A stretch of 64,000 bases of DNA, from NCBI GenBank assembly GCA_963845355.1, contig CAWJRV010000053.1:14156-78155 (forward strand). The letters are read 5' to 3'. The translations under genes and the position numbers were made by a program. How positions within the stretch are numbered: the stretch's first letter is position 1; each line of letters begins with the position of its first letter. Below, piece by piece: positions 8,017-15,690 of the stretch. This DNA is from an uncultured Actinomycetes bacterium. GTDB taxonomy: Bacteria; Actinomycetota; Thermoleophilia; UBA2241. The notes under the pieces were generated by a model, which saw only the letters and a list, made by a program, of their open reading frames with translations, was not told where the DNA came from and did not search any database.

Positions 8017-8711
8017 ATGAACGTCGGTATCATCGGGTCGGGGCCAGTCGCTCGACTTTCGCGGAGCGTCTGCTGACCGTGGGTCAGGCGGTCATGATCA
8101 GCGCTCGCGACCCCGACGCGCGCAAGGACATGGGGCCCCGCGGTGTGTGGCCGTCGGCCAACGCGTGGGCGACCCTCAACTTCGATCAGGGCCGCGAGGC
8201 GGCGGCGGGCGGCTTCGCCGACGCCGCCGCGTTCGGCGAGCTGCTCGTGAACGCCACCGCCGGCACGGCGTCGCTACTGGCCTTCGGCGCCGCCGACCCG
8301 GCCGACATCGAAGGCAAGATCATCCTCGACCTGTCCAACCCGCTCGACTTCTCGCACGGCATGCCGCCGCGCCTCTCCATCTGCAACGACGACTCGCTCG
8401 GCGAGCGTCTGCAGGCCGCCTACCCGAACGCCCGGGTGGTCAAGACCCTGAACACGCTGAACGTCGCCGTTATGGTCGAGCCCGGCCGGCTCGGTGAGGA
8501 GACCGACGTATTCGTCGCCGGCAACGACGCCACGGCCAAAGCGTGGGTGACCGAGAACGTCCTGGAGGGCTGGCTGGGCTGGACCCGCATCGTCGACCTC
8601 GGCGACATCACGGCGGCGCGCGCCACCGAGATGTACCTGCCGCTCTGGCTGCGGCTTCTCGGCGTGACCGGCACGCCGCTGCTCAACGTGAAGCTGGTCG
8701 TCGGCCACTGA
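8017..8711 (+). CDS. NADPH-dependent F420 reductase-like NAD(P)-binding oxidoreductase (frame break near 8050)
   Basis: ATG-8017 follows GGAAGGGG and encodes MNVGIIGSGPV (Rossmann start), but that frame stops at 8076. The rest of the family sequence (STFAERLLTVGQAVMISARDP ... DLSNPLDF ... VVKTLNT ... DLGDITAARATEMYLPLWLRL) is in the -1 frame. One extra G at ~8050 restores GSGPVGSTFAERL. Confidence 0.75.
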
Positions 8712-8797
8712 CCTTCCGGGCGGAACTGCCGGCCGGCGTGCCGGCCGACCTCACCGCGGACCTAAAGGCCCCCCGCCACGGGCCGATACAGCACTGG

Positions 8798-9895
8798 ATG
8801 GATCGGCTCAGAAACAGACGGCCGACGAGGGCGGCGCCGGCGCTCGTCCTGGTGGCGCTCGCCGTGGCGACCGCCGCCACGGCGCTTCTCGCGCCCGCGC
8901 TGCTGCGCCCCGACCGCGCTCTGGCCGCGCCCGGCGCGACCGTCGCCGGACAGACTCAGACGCTCACGGGCCTCGAGGCCGCGGCCCGCGGGCAGCGCCG
9001 TCAGATGGCCGGCCTCGAGGCCCAGATGAGGGTCATCCGCGCCCGCTACAACGTCGACGTCGCCACGCTCACCCGCGCCGACTTTGCCCTCTCGCAGACG
9101 CGGCTGCAGCTCGCCCAGTCGCAGGCGGCCCTCGACCACCAGAGCGCCGTTGTCGGCGCGCGGCTGGCGGCGATGTACAAGATGGGCTCGTTTTCGATCG
9201 TCGACGTGCTGGCATCGTCGGCGTCGTTCACGCAGCTCCAAAGCCAGGTGACCTTCTTCAGCCGGCTGGCCCAGCAGGACCGGCGCGACGACAGCGACCT
9301 CGCGCAGCTGAACGCGCAGGTCGCCCAGCTGGTCACCGCCCAGACGAACCAGCGCCAAGCCTCTCTGACCGCCCAGGAGCGCGTCGACGCGCAGCAGCTC
9401 TCGATGTCCGACAAGATCGCCCAGCGGCGCGCCATCCTCGACGACCTGACCGCCAGGATCCAGAAGATCCTCGACGCGATGCGACCCGCCAAAGGCGGCG
9501 GCGGCCTCGAGTCGCCGGTGCCGCTCTCGAACCACTACACCCCGCTCACATGGGCCAAGGCGCTGCTGCAACAGCTCGGCATGCCGCTCACCGAGCAGAA
9601 CGTCGCCGCGGTCACGGCCTGGGAGCTCGCCGAAGGCGGTCACTGGCACAACTCGGCCCACTACAACCCGCTGGACACCACTATGCCCGAGCCGGGCGCC
9701 ACGGCCATGAACTCGGTCGGTGTCAAGGCCTATCTGAGCTGGGCGCAGGGCTTTCAGGCCACCATCGCCACGCTGCGCAACGGCTATTACGGGGGTATTC
9801 TCGCCGCGCTGCGCGCCGGCAACGACGCCATCGCCGTGGCCGACGCCGTGGCCGCCTCGCCTTGGGGGACGGGCAACTTCAGCGGCCTGCTCTAG
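8798..9895 (+). CDS. secreted coiled-coil protein (PcsB/RipA-like N-terminal region) with an unassigned C-terminal domain
   Basis: Starts at ATG-8798 (MDRLRNRRP) with a signal/anchor (APALVLVALAVATAATALLAPALL). About 200 aa are heptad-rich and Q/A/L-rich (AAMYKMGSFSIVDVLASSASFTQL). The C-terminal ~110 aa contain AWELAEGG...NPLDTT...NSVGVKAY. Confidence 0.6.
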   Translation: MDRLRNRRPTRAAPALVLVALAVATAATALLAPALLRPDRALAAPGATVAGQTQTLTGLEAAARGQRRQMAGLEAQMRVIRARYNVDVATLTRADFALSQTRLQLAQSQAALDHQSAVVGARLAAMYKMGSFSIVDVLASSASFTQLQSQVTFFSRLAQQDRRDDSDLAQLNAQVAQLVTAQTNQRQASLTAQERVDAQQLSMSDKIAQRRAILDDLTARIQKILDAMRPAKGGGGLESPVPLSNHYTPLTWAKALLQQLGMPLTEQNVAAVTAWELAEGGHWHNSAHYNPLDTTMPEPGATAMNSVGVKAYLSWAQGFQATIATLRNGYYGGILAALRAGNDAIAVADAVAASPWGTGNFSGLL

Positions 9896-10126
9896 CGGCA
9901 GGTCGAGGTACCTGCCGGAGCACGAAGACGAGCGAAGCTCGGCGCGGTTCGCCGGCGGCGCGCCCGCTGCAAGCAGCCTGCGCACGGCCGAGCGTTTCTT
10001 TGGAGGAGTCACCTCCCCACAGCGGTTTACGACCAGGAGGCCTTCGTCCCGCACACGTCCGAGCCTTCGCTCGCCACCCATCCTACCCGGCAGTCGCCCC
10101 TTCGGCGCGCCATCTGCCGTTATTGC

Positions 10127-10900
10127 TCACACCGAGCGCTGATAAGAGCGGAAGGCCCGCGTGGCCAGGAGCGTGCAGACCACCGCGAAGACCAGTAGAT
10201 AGAGCGTGTCCGCCATCACGCCACTCGACGACGCGCCGCTCATGAGCGACGTGCGCCCCGCCTGGATGGCCCAGTTGGCCGGGTTGTAGCGGGCGATGTC
10301 CTGGATCCACTGCGGCGCCAGGTTCTGCTGCAAGAAAGCCGACGACAGGAAGATCAACGGCAGCAGCATCATGTTGACCACGGCGATGACCGACTCCTCC
10401 TTGCGCAGCAGCAGCGCGACGCCGTTCGACAGAGAGGCGACACCGATCGACAGCAGGGTCGAGACGACGATCAGCATGACGGCGCCGGCCACGCCGCCGC
10501 CGAACCGCCCTCCGACGAGCAGCGCCAGGCCCACGATGATGAGGGTCTGGATGAGGATCGTGAGCACCTGCGGTGTGACGCGGCCGAGCATGATCGCGCC
10601 GCGGCTGGTAGGCGCCACCAGAAAGCGGTCCATGACGCCGCGGTCGAGGTCGTCGATCATGCCCATGCCGCTCCAGCCGCCCGCGAACATGGCGCTCATC
10701 ACCACGATGCCGGGCGTGAGGAACGTGATGTACGAGTTGGTCGTGAACCCCGGGATCTCGACGACCTTCTTGAACAAGGCGCCGAACAGGAGCAGGTAGA
10801 CGATCGGCTGGAACAGCGAGAGGGCCACAAACCAGGGCTGGCGCAGAAAGTTGCGCACCTGGCGGAGCGTCAGGTGATAGGTATGTCGCAGCGCTGTCAT
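10127..10900 (-). CDS. ABC-2 type exporter permease (DrrB-like)
   Basis: 257 aa with six predicted helices and ABC-2 family appearance. Its start overlaps the stop of the upstream ATPase gene. Confidence 0.8.
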   Translation of the reverse strand: MTALRHTYHLTLRQVRNFLRQPWFVALSLFQPIVYLLLFGALFKKVVEIPGFTTNSYITFLTPGIVVMSAMFAGGWSGMGMIDDLDRGVMDRFLVAPTSRGAIMLGRVTPQVLTILIQTLIIVGLALLVGGRFGGGVAGAVMLIVVSTLLSIGVASLSNGVALLLRKEESVIAVVNMMLLPLIFLSSAFLQQNLAPQWIQDIARYNPANWAIQAGRTSLMSGASSSGVMADTLYLLVFAVVCTLLATRAFRSYQRSV

Positions 10901-11877
10901 CGGGTGACCTCCGCGGTCGTGTCGGCCTGCTCGAAGCGGCGGCCGGTATGCATGAGATAGACGTCGTCGAGCGAAGGCCGGGCGACGGTGACCGAGACGA
11001 CGCTCACGCCGTGGGCCTCGAGGGCCTGCAGCACCACCGGCACGGCGCGCGCACCGTTGTCGGCGCGGGCGTGCAGCAGGCGGCCCTCGGCGACGACCAC
11101 GTCGTGGACGTCGGCGATCTGCGCCAGCGCAGCGGCGACGCGTCCGTTGGTCTCGGGCTCGCCGAGCTCGACGTGCACGGCATCGCCGTGCAGCTCGCTC
11201 TTCAGCTCGTCGGGCGAGCCGAGCGCCACGACCTTGCCCTCGTCTACGATCGCGAGGCGTCGCGCCAGCCGGTCGGCCTCTTCCAGGTAATGCGTGGTGA
11301 GCAGGATCGTGAGCCCCTCTTCATTGGCGAGCCGCTCGATCTCGGTCCACATGTCGGCCCGCGCCTCGGGGTCGAGACCGGTCGTCGGTTCGTCCAGAAA
11401 GAGCACATCGGGACGATGCACGAGCCCCATGGCGACGTCGAGCTTGCGTTGCATGCCGCCCGAGTAGGTGTCGGTGACGCGGCGCGACGCGTCGGCCAGG
11501 CCGAAGCGCTCCAGCATCGCGTCGACGCGCTGCTCGAGCGTACGCCCGCCCATGCCGTACAGCCGTCCCTGCAGCATCATGTTCTCGCGCCCCGTGGCGT
11601 GGACGTCGACCCCCGACTTCTGGGTCACGCAGCCGATCGCGTGGCGCACGAGGTCGGGCCGCTTGAGCACGTCGATGCCGGCCACGGTGGCCTGGCCCTG
11701 GTCGGGCCGCGACAGCGTCGTCAGGATCTTGACCGTGGTCGACTTGCCGGCGCCGTTGGGCCCGACCAGGCCGAACACGCTGCCGGCCGCGACCTCGAAA
11801 CCGACGCCGTCGAGCGCCCGCACCCCCTTTGGGTAGGTCTTCACCAGCCCCTGCGCCGAGATTGCCGTTTCCGTCAT
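10897..11877 (-). CDS. ABC transporter ATP-binding protein (DrrA/daunorubicin-resistance type)
   Basis: Walker A GPNGAGKST, signature YSGGMQRKL and Walker B VLFLDEPTTGLD, plus the C-terminal extension typical of DrrA-like ATPases. Confidence 0.9.
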   Translation of the reverse strand: MTETAISAQGLVKTYPKGVRALDGVGFEVAAGSVFGLVGPNGAGKSTTVKILTTLSRPDQGQATVAGIDVLKRPDLVRHAIGCVTQKSGVDVHATGRENMMLQGRLYGMGGRTLEQRVDAMLERFGLADASRRVTDTYSGGMQRKLDVAMGLVHRPDVLFLDEPTTGLDPEARADMWTEIERLANEEGLTILLTTHYLEEADRLARRLAIVDEGKVVALGSPDELKSELHGDAVHVELGEPETNGRVAAALAQIADVHDVVVAEGRLLHARADNGARAVPVVLQALEAHGVSVVSVTVARPSLDDVYLMHTGRRFEQADTTAEVTR

Positions 11878-11962
11878 GGTGGTACCGCCCTTTACCTGGT
11901 TGCTCGCGGCCGCCGCCAGGTGGCCGCCGCCAGGTGGCCGCCGCGAGCCGTGAGAGAACGTT

Positions 11963-12016
11963 CACAGTTTAGTTCCTAGATATTTCGATTGTCAAACTGT
12001 AATTCTGTGGTATATT
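11963..12016. promoter_or_regulatory. bidirectional promoter/operator cassette, copy 1 (DrrAB-like operon <-> MarR-toastrack gene)
   Basis: Minus strand: TTGACA (11995-11990), 18 nt, TAAACT (11971-11966). Plus strand: TTGTCA (11989-11994), 16 nt, TGgTATATT (12008-12016). 27/34 nt are identical to 18077-18110. ACAGTTT (11964-11970) is inverted to AAACTGT (11994-12000). Confidence 0.5.
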
Positions 12017-12101
12017 ATCTGCCAAGGAATCAGCGCTTCGCGAGCGAACAAGCGAAGCGATCGGCAGGCATGGCCCGTCCTACCCGGTAGCGAGGCGCAG
12101 C

Positions 12102-13226
12102 ATGACAGAAGACACGCAGAAGCTGATCGACGACGTCGGCATCGAGCTTGGAGAGCTGCGCCGCACAGCCGACCGTCTCGACGAAGCCGTGGCCACGCAG
12201 TTCGGCCTCAACCGCACCGATCTGCGCTGTATCGGGATACTGTACCGCCGCGGGCGCGTCACCGCCGGCGAGCTCGCCGAGGAGAGCGGCCTGACTCCCG
12301 GAGCGATCACCACGGTACTCGACCGCATGGAACGCGACGGCTACGCCAACCGGGTGGCCGACCCCAGCGACCGCCGGCGCGTGCTGGTCACCTCGACGAC
12401 CGCCACGCGAGAGCTTGGAGCGCGCGTATACGGCGAGGTCGAGCTGGCCGGGCGAGCGCTGCTCGAACAGATCGAGCCCGCCGGCATCACCGTGATCCGC
12501 GACTATCTGCGCGGCATCCGCGAGTTCTACGACGACCTGGTCCGCAGCGTGGCCACGCCGGCCGGCGTCGGCGTCGCGGGCGACACCGGCACGGTGACCG
12601 GCGCCGACGCGCCCCTGGAGGGCGCTTTCACGGCGCCGCTGGCCGGCGTACAGCTTGGCCGGCTCGAGTTCATCAAGGGCGCCGCCAAAGTGAAGATCGC
12701 CGTCGATGCGACACTGACCGAGCTCTACCGCGCCGAGTTCGACGGCGGTGTTCCCGACATCGTCGTCAACGGCGGCACGGTGACGATCGGTCACAAGCGA
12801 CGCTTTCTGCCGTTCGACTGGCGCGTCGCCAAGTCCGCTGTCTGGCTCAACCCCGCGGTGCCCTGGGAAGCCTCGCTCAAGGGTGGCATGTGGCAGCTCG
12901 CCGCCGACTTTCGCGGTCTCGAGCTGCGCTCCCTCGAGGTAGGCGGCGGCGCGAGCGACGTCGAGATCTGGCTGCCGGCGCCGGTCGGGGTCGTGGCGGT
13001 GCGCATCTCCGGCGGAGCGAGCCACGTGCGGTTGCACCGCCCGGCCGGCAGCGCGCTGCGCGCCGAAGTCACCGGCGGCGCCAGCCAGCTCGTGTTCGAT
13101 CGCAAGTCGCTCGGTTCGATCGGCGGTCGCAACCGCCTCGAGACGCCGGGCTTCGCGGCCGCGAGCGACCGCTACGAGGTGCGCCTGAGCGGCGGCGCGA
13201 GCGAGCTCGAGATCGACATCGTGTAG
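12102..13226 (+). CDS. MarR-type HTH regulator fused to a C-terminal GGAS beta-repeat (toastrack/LiaF-C-like) domain
   Basis: Residues ~1-150 are MarR-like (FGLNRTDLRCIGILYRRGRVTAGELAEESGLTPGAITTVLDRMERDGYANRVADPSDRRRVLV). Residues ~165-374 carry four spaced repeats (GGGASDVEIWLP, SGGASHVRLHRP, TGGASQLVFD, SGGASELEIDIV). No TM segment is present. Confidence 0.7.
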   Translation: MTEDTQKLIDDVGIELGELRRTADRLDEAVATQFGLNRTDLRCIGILYRRGRVTAGELAEESGLTPGAITTVLDRMERDGYANRVADPSDRRRVLVTSTTATRELGARVYGEVELAGRALLEQIEPAGITVIRDYLRGIREFYDDLVRSVATPAGVGVAGDTGTVTGADAPLEGAFTAPLAGVQLGRLEFIKGAAKVKIAVDATLTELYRAEFDGGVPDIVVNGGTVTIGHKRRFLPFDWRVAKSAVWLNPAVPWEASLKGGMWQLAADFRGLELRSLEVGGGASDVEIWLPAPVGVVAVRISGGASHVRLHRPAGSALRAEVTGGASQLVFDRKSLGSIGGRNRLETPGFAAASDRYEVRLSGGASELEIDIV

Positions 13227-13248
13227 GGAGCCGACCGCGGGCCGTGGT

Positions 13249-13650
13249 TCAGGTCGTCGTGCACAGCGGGTCTTCGGGGTGCTGTGCACAGTAGGCTGCC
13301 GATGGGCGTCCGCCGGGCTGCCGGCGGCGGCGCGCCAGGATCCACGCGGCGACGATGATGAGCGCGGCCGCAGCCAAGCCGGCAACGATCCAGGCGTTCC
13401 TGACAGACGCGCCCGATGAGCCGGACAGCGCGGGCGAAACGGCTGGCACAGTCCTGCCTCCGGTGGCGTGCGGCGGCAAAGCCGTCGAGGGTCGTGGCTG
13501 GGTGGGCGTCGCCAACGAGACGGTGCCCGGCTGTGCCCTGGCTCCATCGGTCCTGGCCTGCGCCGCCTGGACGCCCGTGGCGATCACGATCAATGCCAGG
13601 AGCAACGGACCGGCGAACAGCCCGAGCCGTCTGTGTGACTTGATCTGCAT
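13249..13650 (-). CDS. small secreted, C-terminally anchored protein (unknown function)
   Basis: ATG-13650 is preceded by GAGGTGAG. It has a signal peptide (LGLFAGPLLLALIVIATGVQAAQA), a Pro/Thr/Ser-rich linker, a C-terminal helix (AWIVAGLAAAALIIVAAWIL) followed by RRRRQ, and a short Cys-containing tail. Confidence 0.55.
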   Translation of the reverse strand: MQIKSHRRLGLFAGPLLLALIVIATGVQAAQARTDGARAQPGTVSLATPTQPRPSTALPPHATGGRTVPAVSPALSGSSGASVRNAWIVAGLAAAALIIVAAWILARRRRQPGGRPSAAYCAQHPEDPLCTTT

Positions 13651-13765
13651 GATCTCACCTCTGGACGCACGCGCCGCAGTCACGGCAGAGTCCGCGTCCC
13701 GATAAGCGGACGGGCAAGCCCGCCTGCGATTAGACCAGAGACGGTCTATGACCCTGCGGCGACCC

Positions 13766-13793
13766 GGTTAACCCTGTTGTCGCAGGGTTGACC
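13766..13793 (-). terminator. hairpin immediately after the histidine-kinase stop
   Basis: GGTTAACCCTG-ttgtcg-CAGGGTTGACC (10/11 paired), with no U-tract. Confidence 0.3.
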
Positions 13794-13795
13794 CA

Positions 13796-14848
13796 TCAGT
13801 CGTGAGGCGCGGCCAGCGGCAGTTCGAAGGCGATCGTCGTGCCCCGTCCCGGCGCGCTCGCCGCCGTGACGACGCCCCCGTGGCGCTCGATGATCCAGCG
13901 GGCGATGGCCAGGCCCAGGCCGCTGCCGCCGCGGTCGCGTGAGCGCGAGGCGTCGGCCCTGTAGAAGCGATCGAAGACGTGGTCCACGTCGGCCGGCGCG
14001 ATGCCGGGCCCCTGGTCAGCGACACTGACGGTCGCCGCCGCGCCCACCACCGCCAGCGACACCACGACCGTGTCGCCGGGCGCAGAGTGTTCGATCGCGT
14101 TCCTCACGACGTTGCGCAGGGCGCGCTCGAGGTGGGCCGCGTCGACGGTCGCGCTGACGGCGCCGTCCGGCGCCGTCAGCGCGACCGTCACCCCTCCCCG
14201 CTCGGCCATGGTGCGCATGCCGTCGGCCGTGGCTCGCACCAGCTCCGCCAGGTCGACCGGCGCGAACCGCAGCTCCTCTTGATGAGCGTCGATGCGCGAC
14301 AGCAGCAGCAGATCGGAGACGATGGCGCTCATGCGGTCGACCTCCTCCAGGCCGCTGCGCAGCGACTCGCGCAGCTCCTCGGTCTCGCTGCGCGGCGGGC
14401 CTGCCTCTCCGGCATCACCCCCCGGGCTGCGCAGCGCCACTTCGAAGTCGGCCTTCATGATGGCGAGCGGCGTGCGCAGCTCGTGCGAGGCGTCGGCGAC
14501 GAAGCGCTTCTGGGCACCGTAGAGTTCGCGGATGGGGTGCAAGGTGCGCCGCGCATACCAGAGCCCCAGCGCACCGACCGCCACGACGATCACGCCGTCG
14601 GCGGCCACGAGCTGCCAGCGCAGGCGGCTGATCGACCGCGAGGCCAGCTCGCCTTCGATCTCGTTCCCATGCTCGCTGGAACGACCCTGTGCGACGCCGG
14701 AGATGTTCGTCTTGACGGTTAGGTACATGATCACGCCCGACACGGCCACGAGCAGCACGACGATGGCCGTGAACAGCACCACGAGGCGCGTGGTCGCGCG
14801 GGCGAAGACGTCGGGGCCGCCGCTACCGGTCACCATCAGCTCAGGCAC
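13796..14848 (-). CDS. sensor histidine kinase
   Basis: Two TM helices, H-box ADASHELRTPLA, N box VVRNAIEHS, and G boxes DQGPGI and GGSGLGLAIA. Its start overlaps the end of the regulator gene by 8 nt. Confidence 0.9.
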   Translation of the reverse strand: MPELMVTGSGGPDVFARATTRLVVLFTAIVVLLVAVSGVIMYLTVKTNISGVAQGRSSEHGNEIEGELASRSISRLRWQLVAADGVIVVAVGALGLWYARRTLHPIRELYGAQKRFVADASHELRTPLAIMKADFEVALRSPGGDAGEAGPPRSETEELRESLRSGLEEVDRMSAIVSDLLLLSRIDAHQEELRFAPVDLAELVRATADGMRTMAERGGVTVALTAPDGAVSATVDAAHLERALRNVVRNAIEHSAPGDTVVVSLAVVGAAATVSVADQGPGIAPADVDHVFDRFYRADASRSRDRGGSGLGLAIARWIIERHGGVVTAASAPGRGTTIAFELPLAAPHD

Positions 14849-15515
14849 GCAGCCGGTAGCCGACGCCGCGCACGGTCTCCAGCAGGTGCGGTCCGCCGGC
14901 GCCGTCGACCTTGCGGCGCAGGTTCTTCAGGTGCACGTCGATCACGTTGCTGCCGGCGTCGTACTCGTCGTCCCAGACGTGGTCGAGAATGCGGTCGCGG
15001 CTGAGCACCTCGCCCGGGTGGCGCATGAGGAACTCGAGCAGGGCGAATTCCTTGACCGTGAGCTCGAGGTCCACGGCGCCGCGCCGCACGGTGCGCGAGA
15101 CCGGATCGAGCACGAGATCGCCGGCCGAAAGCATCGCCGGCAGGGCGCGGCGCGGGCGGCGCAGCAACGTGCGCACACGAGCCAGCAGCTCCTCGAAGGC
15201 GAAAGGCTTGACCAGGTAGTCGTCGGCGCCGCTGTCGAGGCCGGTCACCTTGTCGTCGGTCGTATCGCGGGCCGTGAGCATGAGCACCGGCACCGTGAGA
15301 CCACGCTCGCGCAGGTCGCGACAGATGCTGAAGCCGTCGAGGCCCGGCAGCATGACGTCGAGCACGACCAGGTCGTACTCGTCGTGCCGGCTGCGCAGGC
15401 GCGTCTGCGCAGCGCGGCCGTCGCCGAGCGTGTCGACCGCGTAGCCCTCCTGTTCGAGGCCGCGCTTGAGCACCTGGGCGAGCTTGTCGGCGTCCTCGAC
15501 AACGAGCAGTCTCAT
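14841..15515 (-). CDS. OmpR-family response regulator
   Basis: Receiver domain (MRLLVVEDAD...DLVVLDVMLPGLDG...LMLTARD) and winged-helix output domain (LTVKEFALLEFLMRHPGEVLSRDRILDHVW...VRGVGYRL). Confidence 0.92.
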   Translation of the reverse strand: MRLLVVEDADKLAQVLKRGLEQEGYAVDTLGDGRAAQTRLRSRHDEYDLVVLDVMLPGLDGFSICRDLRERGLTVPVLMLTARDTTDDKVTGLDSGADDYLVKPFAFEELLARVRTLLRRPRRALPAMLSAGDLVLDPVSRTVRRGAVDLELTVKEFALLEFLMRHPGEVLSRDRILDHVWDDEYDAGSNVIDVHLKNLRRKVDGAGGPHLLETVRGVGYRLRA

Positions 15516-15690
15516 GTCCTGCGTTCTACCCGGTTCGGGACGGCCGACGCAATGCCCGCGGTTGAGCCACCGGCCGGAAGAGGCGGCGATGAGCGCCGGG
15601 GCCCTCCTGCGCCGGGGCCCTCCTGCCCCGGCGCCCGCACCGCCCCGGGACCGAGCTGACGGTGATCACCGGCGAGCCGCGACAGAGTCG

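Noticed and set aside
12030-13547. 505-aa minus-strand ORF, plus other long alternative-frame ORFs (for example 55593-57005, 57370-59256, 57593-59242, 47124-48962, 60772-62330)
   Set aside because: All overlap genes with clear family motifs on the other strand or in another frame. All are Arg/Pro/Gly-rich without recognisable domains.
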